From an uncultured Candidatus Binatia bacterium (GTDB lineage: Bacteria; Desulfobacterota; Binatia; HRBIN30; CADEER01), in assembly GCA_965216585.1 (NCBI GenBank), contig CBDCGC010000003.1, forward strand, positions 4,259,244 through 4,323,243: 64,000 bases of DNA, read 5' to 3'. Made by a program: the position numbers and the translations under genes. This document shows positions 18,119-27,641 of the stretch, one piece after another (the stretch's first letter is position 1; each line of letters starts with the position of its first letter). The notes under the pieces are model-generated. The model saw only the letters and a program-made list of their open reading frames with translations. It was not told where the DNA came from and ran no database searches.

Positions 18119-19228
18119 ATGAGCGAGACGCCGATTCGTACTACTGCCTACGTTAGTCGAACGGCGTTGCGCGCGAATCTCGCGCTGGTTCGCTCCCGCC
18201 TCGGCAGCGGCGTTGCGGTGATGGCGGTCGTCAAGGCCGATGCCTATGGCCACGGCGCGGCAATCGTCGGACCGGAGCTGGAGGGCGCCGGTGCGGATTG
18301 GTTTGGCGTCGCGACCCTCGAGGAAGGCGTCGCCCTGCGGGCGGCCGGGGTGACCAAACCGGTCTTGATCCTCTACGGAATCCAGCCCGCGCAGGCGGCG
18401 GCCGCGGCGGCGCACGACCTGTCCGTAGCCGTCGTCGACGCAGCAATTCTGGCGCCGTTGCTGGCGGCGAGCCCGGCCGGGATGCGGCTGCACGTCGAAG
18501 TCGATTCGGGAATGACTCGGCTCGGAGTGCGGCCGAGCGAGGTTTGCGAGGTCTTCGACCACATCCGCCGCTCGCCCAAGGTCGAAGTGGAGGGCTTGTT
18601 TTCGCATATCGGCAATGCCGACGATCCCTATGCGCCGTTTGCCGACCAGCAGGTGCGAACCTTTGCCGACGTCGTCGGCAGTGTCGCGGCGGCGGGGGTG
18701 CGACCGCCCTGGGTCCACCTCGCCAACAGCGCGACGACGCTCGGCCGCTCCGATGCGCATTGGGACCTCGTGCGTCCCGGCGTCTGCCTGTACGGGGTGG
18801 CGCCGGCGGCCGTGCCCGGCCTCGATCTGCAGCCGGTGATGTCTCTCGAGGCACGCGTCTGGCGCCTCTGGGAGGTGCCGGCGGGGCGACACGTCGGCTA
18901 TGATCAGACCTTCACGACGCAGCGCCCGACGCGCATCGCGGTGCTGCCCTTCGGCTACGCTGACGGCTTCCCGCGGGCGCTGTCGAGCCGCGGTCGGGTC
19001 ATGGTCGGAGGTCGGCTCGCGCCGGTGATCGGCCGGGTTTGCATGGACGTGACGATGGTCGACGTCAGCGAGATCGACGGCGTCGCCGCCGGCGACACGG
19101 CCGTCGTCTTTGGCCGGCGCGAGGGGGGAAGTCCGACGGTCGACGAGGTCGCCCGGGCGTGCGATACGATCCCCTACGAGGTATTGGTTCGGGTTGGCGC
19201 GAGAGTGCCGCGCACCGCGCGGGAGTAG
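18119..19228 (+). CDS. alr: Alanine racemase
   Basis: The PLP site 'VVKADAYGHG' and C-terminal alr motifs are present. An alternative GTG start lies at 18074. Confidence 0.85.
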   Translation: MSETPIRTTAYVSRTALRANLALVRSRLGSGVAVMAVVKADAYGHGAAIVGPELEGAGADWFGVATLEEGVALRAAGVTKPVLILYGIQPAQAAAAAAHDLSVAVVDAAILAPLLAASPAGMRLHVEVDSGMTRLGVRPSEVCEVFDHIRRSPKVEVEGLFSHIGNADDPYAPFADQQVRTFADVVGSVAAAGVRPPWVHLANSATTLGRSDAHWDLVRPGVCLYGVAPAAVPGLDLQPVMSLEARVWRLWEVPAGRHVGYDQTFTTQRPTRIAVLPFGYADGFPRALSSRGRVMVGGRLAPVIGRVCMDVTMVDVSEIDGVAAGDTAVVFGRREGGSPTVDEVARACDTIPYEVLVRVGARVPRTARE

Positions 19229-19261
19229 AAAAGACGTCTGGCGAGAACGGGAGGGGCTGAG

Positions 19262-20815
19262 ATGGGGAAGGTGAGACGCGCGCTCGTCAGTGTCAGCGAC
19301 AAGACCGGGTTGATCGACTTTGCCCGCGGGTTGGACGAGCTCGGCGTCGAGATCCTGTCGACCGGCGGCACTGCCAGAGCGATCGCGGAGGCGGGCATCG
19401 CCGTGCGTTCGGTCAGTGATTTCACCGGCTTCCCCGAAATTCTCGACGGCCGCGTCAAAACCCTGCACCCGAAGATCCACGGAGGCTTGCTCGGCCGGCG
19501 CGATCTCGATTCACACCGTCAGCAGATGGCGGACAACGACATCGAGCCGATCGACATGGTAGTGGTCAACCTCTACCCCTTCGCTGCGACGGTCGCCAAG
19601 CCGGATTGTAGGCTGGCGGATGCGATTGAGAACATCGACATCGGCGGGCCGTCGATGCTGCGCTCGGCGGCGAAAAACCACGCCGACGTCGCCGTCATCG
19701 TCGATCCGGCCGATTACGACACGGTTCTGGCCGAGATGAGATCGGGCGCCGGCACGGTATCCGACGAAACGCGTGCTCGCTTGGCGCGCGTCGTCTTCCA
19801 GACGACGGCGCGCTACGACGGGGCGATTGCCGACTATCTCGGCAGCGTTGGCGAGGACGGCGAACGAGTCGCCCTGGGGGAGAGCGTTCACATCGGCCTG
19901 AGCAAGGCGCAGGACTTGCGCTACGGAGAAAACCCCCATCAGCGCGCCGCCCTCTACGGCGACCTCTTCGACGTCGTCGAACAGGTACACGGCAAGGAGC
20001 TGTCGTACAACAACATCGTCGACATCAACGCGGCGTTGTGGTTGATGCGCGAGTTCGCCGGCGATCCGCCGACCGTGGCCATCCTCAAGCACAATACGCC
20101 CTGTGGCGTCGGCAGCGCGGACTCCGTCGCCGAGGCCTACCGCAATGCCTACGCGACCGATCCGGAGTCGCCGTTTGGCGGCATTCTCATTGCCAATCGA
20201 GCGTGGACCCGCGATCTCGCCGAGGTCGTCGATGAGATCTTCACCGAAGTGCTGATCGCACCGTCGTTCGATGCCGACGCCCTCGAGTTGCTGCGCAAGA
20301 AGAAGAACCGGCGCTTGATGACCTGGCGCGCCGAGGCGATGGCCGAGGCCAGGCGCGAGGTGCGCGGTGTCGTCGGCGGTCTGCTGGTTGCCGACATCGA
20401 CCTGGCGATGGAGGATCCGGCCGAGATGCGCGTCGTCAGCAAGCGCGCGCCGAGTGAGGACGAGATCGAGGCGATGCGTTTCGGTCTCAAGGTCGTCAAG
20501 CACGTCAAGTCGAACGCCATCGCATTCGTTCACGGCGATCGCACGGTTGCGGTTGGCGGTGGCGCGACCTCGCGCGTCGATCCGGTGCACGCCGCGTGCG
20601 CCAAAGCCGAGCGGGTGGGCATCTCCCTGGCCGGATCGGTGCTGGCCAGCGACGCCTTCTTTCCCTTTCCCGACGGCGTCGAAACGGCGGCGGCGGCGGG
20701 GGCCAAGGCGATCGTGCAACCCGGTGGCAGCGTGCGCGACGACGCGGTCATCGAAGCGGCCGACCGTCTCGGGCTGGCGATGGTGATGACCGGTGTGCGG
20801 CACTTCCGCCACTAG
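19262..20815 (+). CDS. purH: Bifunctional AICAR transformylase / IMP cyclohydrolase
   Basis: N-terminal MGS-like 'RALVSVSDKTGL...LSTGGTA' and 'KTLHPKIHGG' motifs; 517 aa. Confidence 0.9.
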   Translation: MGKVRRALVSVSDKTGLIDFARGLDELGVEILSTGGTARAIAEAGIAVRSVSDFTGFPEILDGRVKTLHPKIHGGLLGRRDLDSHRQQMADNDIEPIDMVVVNLYPFAATVAKPDCRLADAIENIDIGGPSMLRSAAKNHADVAVIVDPADYDTVLAEMRSGAGTVSDETRARLARVVFQTTARYDGAIADYLGSVGEDGERVALGESVHIGLSKAQDLRYGENPHQRAALYGDLFDVVEQVHGKELSYNNIVDINAALWLMREFAGDPPTVAILKHNTPCGVGSADSVAEAYRNAYATDPESPFGGILIANRAWTRDLAEVVDEIFTEVLIAPSFDADALELLRKKKNRRLMTWRAEAMAEARREVRGVVGGLLVADIDLAMEDPAEMRVVSKRAPSEDEIEAMRFGLKVVKHVKSNAIAFVHGDRTVAVGGGATSRVDPVHAACAKAERVGISLAGSVLASDAFFPFPDGVETAAAAGAKAIVQPGGSVRDDAVIEAADRLGLAMVMTGVRHFRH

Positions 20816-20841
20816 GGCAGCTGGGAACGGTGATCGATGGG

Positions 20842-22113
20842 ATGAAGGTCTTTGTCATTGGTGGTGGTGGTCGCGAGCACGCGTTGGTGTGGAAGCTGCG
20901 GCAATCGCCCGACGTAACGCAGATCTACTGCGCCCCGGGCAACGCCGGCATCGATCGGCTGGCGGAGTCGGTCGACATCGACCCGGCCAACGTCGGGGCG
21001 CTGGTCGACTTTGCCCGCTCGCAGGCGATCGATCTGACCGTGCCGGGACCGGAGCTGCCGTTGACGCTGGGAATCGCCGACGAGTTGGAACGCCAGGGGC
21101 TGCGCTGTTTCGGTCCGAGCAGGGAAGCGGCCCGGCTCGAGGGCAGCAAGGCCTTCACCAAGGAGCTGCTGGTCGAGTGCGGCATTCCGACCGGATTCTA
21201 CTCGGCCTTCACGGATGCCGATCAGGCGCAGCGCTACGCGCGCGAGGTCGGCGCCCCCGTCGTCGTCAAGGCCGATGGGTTGGCGGCGGGCAAGGGCGTC
21301 ATCATCTGCGAATCGGTCGAAGACGCCGAGGCGGCGATCGACCAGATCATGCGCACGCGCGTCTTTGGCGATGCCGGTGAGACCGTCGTCGTCGAGGAGT
21401 TTCTCGCCGGGGAAGAGGCGTCCTTCATGGCCATCACCGATGGCAAGACGGTGTTGCCGCTGGCTTCCTCGCAGGATCACAAGCGCGCCTACGACGGCGA
21501 CCGGGGTCCCAACACCGGCGGCATGGGCGCCTACTCGCCGGCGCCGATCGTCACACGCGAGTTGCACGATCGGATCATGGACGAAGTGATGCGACCGGTG
21601 GTTGCCGGCCTGGCCAAGCGCGGTGTCGAGTACCGGGGCGTCCTCTACGCCGGTCTGATGATCGGTGAAGATGGGCCGCGCGTGTTGGAGTTCAACGTGC
21701 GTTTCGGCGACCCCGAATGCCAGGTCATCCTGTCGCGTTTTGACGGTGATCTGCTGGCGGTGATGGATGCCACCGTCGACGGTCGTTTGGATTCGGTTGC
21801 GACAAACTGGGATACGCGCTCGGCAGTGTGCGTCGTCATGGCGGCCGAAGGGTATCCCGGCAACTACGAGAAAGGGCGGGTCATCGAGGGTTTGGCTGGC
21901 CTGGATGCGTGGCGAGATGGTTTCGTCTTTCACGCCGGCACCGGCGTCGACGCCGGCAAGGTGGTGACGGCCGGCGGGCGGGTCTTCGGCGTCACGGCGC
22001 TCGGCGACGATATAGGCGCCGCCGTGCGCGGTGCCTATGAAGCGGTCGAGCAGATCCACTGGGAAGGGGCACAGTACCGAAAGGACATCGCTCATCGGGC
22101 GTTGAACCGCTGA
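20842..22113 (+). CDS. purD: Phosphoribosylamine--glycine ligase
   Basis: 'MKVFVIGGGGREHAL' and an ATP-grasp fold follow. The track ORF 20596-22113 is over-extended 5'. Confidence 0.9.
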   Translation: MKVFVIGGGGREHALVWKLRQSPDVTQIYCAPGNAGIDRLAESVDIDPANVGALVDFARSQAIDLTVPGPELPLTLGIADELERQGLRCFGPSREAARLEGSKAFTKELLVECGIPTGFYSAFTDADQAQRYAREVGAPVVVKADGLAAGKGVIICESVEDAEAAIDQIMRTRVFGDAGETVVVEEFLAGEEASFMAITDGKTVLPLASSQDHKRAYDGDRGPNTGGMGAYSPAPIVTRELHDRIMDEVMRPVVAGLAKRGVEYRGVLYAGLMIGEDGPRVLEFNVRFGDPECQVILSRFDGDLLAVMDATVDGRLDSVATNWDTRSAVCVVMAAEGYPGNYEKGRVIEGLAGLDAWRDGFVFHAGTGVDAGKVVTAGGRVFGVTALGDDIGAAVRGAYEAVEQIHWEGAQYRKDIAHRALNR

Positions 22114-22126
22114 GGAGGGGGGACAG

Positions 22127-22627
22127 ATGAAGAAAGAGAAACCGCGCGTAGCGGTCTTGATGGGCAGTGACAGCGACTGGGACGTCATGCAGGGCGCGGT
22201 CGCGCGGCTGGCGGAGTTTGGCATCGCCAGCGACGTCCAGGTGATGTCGGCGCACCGCACGCCGGAGCGGGTGACGTCGTTCGTCACCGGCGCCGGCAAA
22301 CGCGGGATCCGCGTCTTCATCGTCGGCGCCGGCGCGGCGGCGCATCTGGCCGGTGTCGTCGCGGCGCATACCACCGCGCCGGTGATTGGCGTGCCGCTGG
22401 CGGCAACCGCGCTGCAGGGGATGGATGCGCTGCTGGCGACGGTGCAGATGCCGGCTGGTGTGCCGGTGGCGACCGTGGCGGTCGGCGGTGCCGACAATGC
22501 GGGCATCCTCGCCGCTCAGATTCTGGCGTTGGACGATGCACGCCTGGCGGGTGCGCTGAAGCGCTTCAAGCAAAGCATGAAGAAAAAGGTCGAAGCCAAG
22601 AACGCCAGGCTGCAAGAACAATTGTGA
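22127..22627 (+). CDS. purE: N5-carboxyaminoimidazole ribonucleotide mutase
   Basis: 'VAVLMGSDSDW' and 'AGAAAHLAGVVAAHTTAPVIGVP' are PurE motifs. Confidence 0.9.
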   Translation: MKKEKPRVAVLMGSDSDWDVMQGAVARLAEFGIASDVQVMSAHRTPERVTSFVTGAGKRGIRVFIVGAGAAAHLAGVVAAHTTAPVIGVPLAATALQGMDALLATVQMPAGVPVATVAVGGADNAGILAAQILALDDARLAGALKRFKQSMKKKVEAKNARLQEQL

Positions 22628-22650
22628 GATGTGGGGATTGAGGTGAGCAG

Positions 22651-23937
22651 ATGATTACAGCGAGACCGTTTCGGGCGCTCGGTTACGACCCGGAAAAGGT
22701 CGACATGGACCTCGTCCTGGCGCCGCCCTACGACGTCATCTCGGATGGCGAGCGCGACGAGCTCTACGGGCGCAGTGAGCACAACGCGGTGCGCCTGATC
22801 CTCGCTCGCGACGAGGATCGCTACGGCGCCGCGGCGCGCTCCTTCGCCGAGTGGCGCGCCGCCGGCGTGCTCGTCCGCGATCCCGGCCCCGCCTTCTACT
22901 TCTATGTGCAGGAGTTCGCGATGCCGGACGGCACGCGGCGCGAACGCAGTGGCGTCTTGGCCTCGGTGCGCCTGGAGGAGTTCTCGACTGGCAACATCCT
23001 GCCGCACGAGCGTACCTTTCCGAAGGCGAAGGCCGATCGGATGAAGATCATGGAGGCGTGTCACGCCAACCTCAGCCCGATCTTCGGCATCTACTCGGCG
23101 CCGGACGACGGCGTCGATTCCGTTCTCAGCCGGGCGCGCGCGGCAGCGCCATGGATCGACGCCGGCGACAACCGCGGCGGCCGGCACCGCGCCTGGCGCA
23201 TTGGCGACGTGCCCGACGTGACGGCGCTGAGCGATCATTTCGCCGCCGCGCGCGTCTTCATCGCCGACGGCCATCACCGCTACGAAACGGCCCTCGAGTA
23301 CCGCGACCGCTGCCGGCAAAGGGGGGGCGACGACGAGTCGGCGTTCAACTACGTCTTGATGTATCTCTGCCCGATGTCGGAAAGCGGCTTGGTCATCCTG
23401 CCGACGCATCGACTGTGGTGCGGTGGCGAGGGCAGTACTCAAGGGTGGTTGGACCGCCTGGCCGAGGCGTTCGACATGGAGTCGATCGCGGTCGGCGGTG
23501 CCGAAGCGTTGCAAGATGCGCTCGAGAGCGAGAGCGAGCCGGGCATCATGGCGTTGCGCCTGCACGGCCAGCCCGGCGCGACGCTGCTGCGACCGCGCGA
23601 TTGGCAGTCGATCGAGGGCAGCCTCGGCGACGTTCCCACGGCTCTGCGCGACCTCGACGTCAGCGTTCTCGACTCCTTCGTCTTTCGCAAGACGCTCGGT
23701 ATCGATTACCTGCAGGAGGCCGAGGCGGGTCGCGTCATCTATACGCACGAGAGTGCGCAGGCGTATGCCGACATCGACAGCGGCGATGCGCAGGCGGGGT
23801 TCTTCTTGCGGGCGCCGCGCATCGAGGAAGTTGAAAAGGTCTGCCGGGCCGGTGAGGTGATGCCGCAGAAATCGACCTACTTTCATCCCAAGCTACAGAC
23901 GGGGCTGGTGTTTCACCTGCTCGAAGACGATGAGTGA
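22651..23937 (+). CDS. DUF1015-family protein
   Basis: The N-terminal 'ITARPFRALGYDPEKVDMDLVLAPPYDVIS' matches the conserved DUF1015 start. Its 3' end overlaps the next gene by 8 nt (ATGAGTGA). Confidence 0.75.
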   Translation: MITARPFRALGYDPEKVDMDLVLAPPYDVISDGERDELYGRSEHNAVRLILARDEDRYGAAARSFAEWRAAGVLVRDPGPAFYFYVQEFAMPDGTRRERSGVLASVRLEEFSTGNILPHERTFPKAKADRMKIMEACHANLSPIFGIYSAPDDGVDSVLSRARAAAPWIDAGDNRGGRHRAWRIGDVPDVTALSDHFAAARVFIADGHHRYETALEYRDRCRQRGGDDESAFNYVLMYLCPMSESGLVILPTHRLWCGGEGSTQGWLDRLAEAFDMESIAVGGAEALQDALESESEPGIMALRLHGQPGATLLRPRDWQSIEGSLGDVPTALRDLDVSVLDSFVFRKTLGIDYLQEAEAGRVIYTHESAQAYADIDSGDAQAGFFLRAPRIEEVEKVCRAGEVMPQKSTYFHPKLQTGLVFHLLEDDE

Positions 23938-25531
23938 CGGCGGCGGCGAAACGTTTACCCCCGCCGAACGCAGCGCGCTCGAGCCGTACTTCACGAACGT
24001 CGATCGCCCGGTCTTTGCGCTGCGCAATCTGCCGGAAGTAGTGAAAGCGGCGCTCTTTGCCCGCTATTCGCGCTCGCCGAAGAGCTTGCGGAGACTCTTT
24101 CTCGACGAGTTTCTCGACGACGATTTGGGCGGCGTGACTGCCGCGGTGGGGACGAAGCGCTCGGAGAAGCTCTTCCGCCGCGTCCTCTCGGAATACGGCG
24201 ACGACTCGGTAGCGCAGTTGGGCGGTGCGCACGTCGCCGTCGAAGGCGCATCGAACCTGCTCACGAAAGTGCTCGAATGGGGACGCCTGATGGCCTACCT
24301 GGAGCAGTCGACGCGCTACATCCCGTACACGACCAGAGACGGCGGCCGCTGGCGCTACGTCGTCCCCGCCGAGATCGCCGCCTCGCCGCTCGCCGGTCGA
24401 TACCGCGAATGCCTCGACGGTGCTTTTGAGGTCTACGCTGCTTGGATCGATCCGGCGATCGACTACTTTCGCGCCCGCACGCCGCAGGCAGCGGAGGTGT
24501 CGGCGGCCGCCTACCAGGCGACCATCCGCGCCAAAGCGCTCGACGCTTTGCGCGGTCTGCTGCCTGTGGCGACCCGATCGAACGTCGGCATTTTCGGCAG
24601 TGGCCAGGCCTTCGAGCAACTGCTGCTGAGAATGAATGCCCATCCGGTCGACGAGGTGCGGACCTGCGCGGCGGCGATGTTGGTCGAGCTGCGCGAAGTC
24701 GTGCCCGCGTTCTTGACGCGTGTCGATCGCGCCGACCGCGGCGGCGTGTGGAGCGAATACTTCGCCGCGGCGCGCAGCGAGGTCGCGCGCCTCGGCGACG
24801 AGTTGCTCACCGGCAGCGAGCCGACCGAGTCTGCGACGGTCAGTCTGACCGACTTCGACCCCGACGGTGAGGTGAAGGTCGTGGCGGCGGCGTTGTACGC
24901 CGTGTCGGACCTCAGCGACGAGCAACTGCTCGAGAAGGTGCGTGCGCTGTCGCCGGCGCAGCGGGCTGAGATCTTGCGCGCCTACGTCGGCGCGCGAAAG
25001 AACCGGCGCCATCGGCCGGGGCGCGCTTTCGAACGAACCTCCTACCGATTCGACATCCTCGCCGACTACGGGGCGTTTCGCGACCTGCAGCGGCACCGGC
25101 TGCTCTCTCTCGAGTGGCAGCGCTTGTCCCCCCGACACGGCTTCGCGGTGTCGCCGGTGATTGCCGCGCTCGGCGCCGACTCCGCTTGGCAGCGCATCAT
25201 GAGCGAGTGCGCCGAGCTCTACCAAGCGTTGGTTACCGGTGGGTTGGCCGAGGTGGCGGCCTATGCGCTGCCGATGGCGTATCGGGTGCGATTCTATATG
25301 GATCTGAACGCGCGCGAGGCGATGCACGTGATCGAGCTGCGAACGACGCCGCAGGGGCATCCCGCCTACCGGGAGGTGTGCCAGGAGATGCATCGCTTGA
25401 TCGATCAAGAGGCCGGGCACCGGACGATCGCGGCGGCGATGTCGTTCGTCGATCACAGCGGCGGCGAAGAGGGGCGTCTGTCGGCGGAGAAGGCGGGGGA
25501 GAGCAGGCGGAGCGCGTCCGAGCGATCGTGA
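23930..25531 (+). CDS. thyX: Flavin-dependent thymidylate synthase ThyX, long (~2x) tandem-duplicated form
   Basis: The C-terminal half has 'RHRLLSLEWQRLSPRH' (the ThyX RHR..S..QxS.R motif) and 'YRVRFYMDLNAREAMHVIELR'. The N-terminal half has a degenerate 'ALFARYSRS' version. 533 aa versus ~230-250 aa for canonical ThyX. Confidence 0.6.
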   Translation: MSDGGGETFTPAERSALEPYFTNVDRPVFALRNLPEVVKAALFARYSRSPKSLRRLFLDEFLDDDLGGVTAAVGTKRSEKLFRRVLSEYGDDSVAQLGGAHVAVEGASNLLTKVLEWGRLMAYLEQSTRYIPYTTRDGGRWRYVVPAEIAASPLAGRYRECLDGAFEVYAAWIDPAIDYFRARTPQAAEVSAAAYQATIRAKALDALRGLLPVATRSNVGIFGSGQAFEQLLLRMNAHPVDEVRTCAAAMLVELREVVPAFLTRVDRADRGGVWSEYFAAARSEVARLGDELLTGSEPTESATVSLTDFDPDGEVKVVAAALYAVSDLSDEQLLEKVRALSPAQRAEILRAYVGARKNRRHRPGRAFERTSYRFDILADYGAFRDLQRHRLLSLEWQRLSPRHGFAVSPVIAALGADSAWQRIMSECAELYQALVTGGLAEVAAYALPMAYRVRFYMDLNAREAMHVIELRTTPQGHPAYREVCQEMHRLIDQEAGHRTIAAAMSFVDHSGGEEGRLSAEKAGESRRSASERS

Positions 25532-25908
25532 TGGACGATCGCATGCGCCGGCAGATGTGCGAGGCGGCGGCGTTGTACAACCGCGGTCTCTACCTCGAAA
25601 GCCAGGAAGCGTTCGAGCGCATCCACGGCGAATGCGATGCAGGCCGGCAAGCCCTGCCGCGGGCGTTGCTGATGGTCGCCTGTGCCATGCACCTCCACTT
25701 CCGCCGCGGTGGCGGCCGCGGTGTGCAAAACCTCCTGCGCCAGTCGCTGGTCATTCTCGACGATCTGCGGCCGCGCTGCGAGGGCGTCGACACCGAAGCC
25801 CTGTACGAGAACCTAGCCGCCTATTTGCAGGAGCTCGGCGAGCGCAAGCGACCGGGCGCCGGATTCTTCGATCGCTGGTTGGTTCCCAAAATCGACACGG
25901 ACGGCTGA
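25531..25908 (+). CDS. DUF309-family protein
   Basis: 'YNRGLYLESQEAFERIHGECD...LLMVACAMHLHFRRGGGRG' resembles DUF309. Its ATG overlaps the thyX stop (TGATG). Confidence 0.65.
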   Translation: MDDRMRRQMCEAAALYNRGLYLESQEAFERIHGECDAGRQALPRALLMVACAMHLHFRRGGGRGVQNLLRQSLVILDDLRPRCEGVDTEALYENLAAYLQELGERKRPGAGFFDRWLVPKIDTDG

Positions 25909-26092
25909 GTCGCCTCGAAGCCGAATGCCGCCTGCGCGCCGAAGTCTTGGTGTAGGTGTGAAGCAGGAGCGAGCAATTTCCAGTTGACCGGTCGCGGGTG
26001 CAAGCGTACCTTTTGGAATGGGCGCAAGCGATTGGATCGATGGTGGGTGGGCCGCTGTTGGAGCTTGGAGGCCGAGCGACAGGAGGAAAGCG

Positions 26093-26509
26093 GTGAGACA
26101 CCTAGGTGCAATGGTTTGCGGGCTGATCCTGGTGCTTTGCACGGTGTCGGCGAGTTGGGCCCAGTCGGGGCGGCAGGAACAGCTCGAGACGTCGTTGGAT
26201 GCATTTTGCCAGAAGTGGATGGGCTTTCTCGAGCAGCGACAGCGAGACAACAAGTCGAAGATCGTATGGCGCTCCGATCCTGTCGGTGTCCGCGGCGAAT
26301 TCGTCGGCTACCACAACAAATACTCGTGCAACCTTTCCGAGCTGCGGCCGGAAACCCGGGTGCCGGTCGGCACGATCAAGTACCTCGAGCTCAAGTTCCA
26401 ACACCGCGGCTCGTCGACGACCGAGGCGCTGGATGCGCGTCCGAAAGTCATCGAGGCGACCGAAGTGACGGAGATCTTTCGCTACAGCAAGAACAAGTGG
26501 GTCTACTGA
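26093..26509 (+). CDS. Secreted hypothetical protein
   Basis: GTG start with AGGAGG 6 nt upstream. Signal peptide 'MVCGLILVLCTVSASWAQS'. Confidence 0.5.
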   Translation: MRHLGAMVCGLILVLCTVSASWAQSGRQEQLETSLDAFCQKWMGFLEQRQRDNKSKIVWRSDPVGVRGEFVGYHNKYSCNLSELRPETRVPVGTIKYLELKFQHRGSSTTEALDARPKVIEATEVTEIFRYSKNKWVY

Positions 26510-26558
26510 GCGGCGCGACCGCACCGCCGGCCTGGTCGCCCGGCCGAACCCCTCCTTC

Positions 26559-27605
26559 ATGAAGATCGGTATTGTGGGCTTCCCGCGCAGTGGGAAGACG
26601 ACGGTGTTCAACGCGCTGACCGGCCTGGACGTCGCCGTCGGTTTCGGCGGTGATCCGAGCAAGCCGAATCTCGGCACGATCAAGGTGCCCGACGCTCGCG
26701 TCGATCGCCTGAGTGAGATCTTCCAACCCAAGAAGACGACCTACGGCGAGGTCGTCTTCGTCGACTATCCCGGCCGTCCGGACGCCTCGTCGGCGATCGA
26801 TCGTTCGACGCTGGCGCAGATGCGGGACGCCGACGCGTTGGTTCAGGTGGTGCGCGCTTTCGCCGATCCCGCGGCGGAAGCGGCGGCGGATCCGCGCGGC
26901 GACATCGAATCGTTCAAGGCGGAGCTCGTCCTCGCCGATCTGGAGATCGTCGAAAAGAGGTTGGAACGCCTGCGCAAAGAGAAGGGCAAGGAGAAGGAGG
27001 AGGAGCTGCTCGGCCGCTGCAAGGGAACCCTGGACGGCGAGCGGCTGCTGCGCGACCTCGAGCTCAGTGATCTCGAAGAACGGCAGTTGGCCGGCTTTGG
27101 GTTTCTCTCGCGCTTGCCGTTGTTGGTCGTCGTCAACGTCGACGAGGCGCGCGCCGTCGAGGATCTCGGCGAAGATCTGCAACAGCTTCTGGCGCGCGAG
27201 GGTACGCCGGGAATGGCGCTCTCGGCCCAGGTCGAGATGGAGATCGCCGGCCTCGAAGAAGCCGACCGCGCGCCCTTCCTCGCCGACCTCGGACTCCAGG
27301 AGGCGGCGCGCGACCGCTTCATCCGCGCCGCCTACGGATTGCTGAGCCTGATCTCCTTCCTCACCTCGGGCGAGGACGAAGTGCGCGCTTGGCCCATCGA
27401 GAAGGGGACGCCAGCGGTACGGGCTGCGGGCAAGATCCACAGCGACATCGAACGCGGCTTCATCCGCGCCGAGGTCGTGGCCTACGACGACTTCATCGAG
27501 CTCGGCTCCGATGCCAAGTGTCGCGAGGCCGGCAAGCTGCGCCTCGAGGGCAAAGACTACGAAGTGCGCGACGGCGACATCATCCACTTCCGCTTCAACG
27601 TCTGA
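26559..27605 (+). CDS. ychF: Redox-regulated ribosome-associated ATPase YchF
   Basis: The G1 motif 'GIVGFPRSGKTT' plus OLA1/YchF TGS-domain architecture; 348 aa. Confidence 0.9.
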   Translation: MKIGIVGFPRSGKTTVFNALTGLDVAVGFGGDPSKPNLGTIKVPDARVDRLSEIFQPKKTTYGEVVFVDYPGRPDASSAIDRSTLAQMRDADALVQVVRAFADPAAEAAADPRGDIESFKAELVLADLEIVEKRLERLRKEKGKEKEEELLGRCKGTLDGERLLRDLELSDLEERQLAGFGFLSRLPLLVVVNVDEARAVEDLGEDLQQLLAREGTPGMALSAQVEMEIAGLEEADRAPFLADLGLQEAARDRFIRAAYGLLSLISFLTSGEDEVRAWPIEKGTPAVRAAGKIHSDIERGFIRAEVVAYDDFIELGSDAKCREAGKLRLEGKDYEVRDGDIIHFRFNV

Positions 27606-27641
27606 GCACGACGGGCGATGTTCGCAGCGCTCGTCGCCAGC

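Noticed and set aside
18001-18120. Looked for a TPP riboswitch upstream of thiS-thiG-thiE
   Set aside because: The 5' region is only ~120 nt before the divergent alr start. It lacks the conserved CUGAGA / ACCUGAUCUGGAUAAUGCCAGCG elements.
17747-19480. 577 aa minus-strand ORF spanning alr
   Set aside because: Antisense to alanine racemase and thiS/thiG. Arg/Pro-rich junk typical of GC-rich reverse frames.
20812-22506. 564 aa minus-strand ORF across purD/purE
   Set aside because: Antisense to two unambiguous purine biosynthesis genes.
23735-25456. 573 aa minus-strand ORF across thyX
   Set aside because: Antisense to the ThyX-like gene, whose reading frame carries recognisable motifs. No features of its own.
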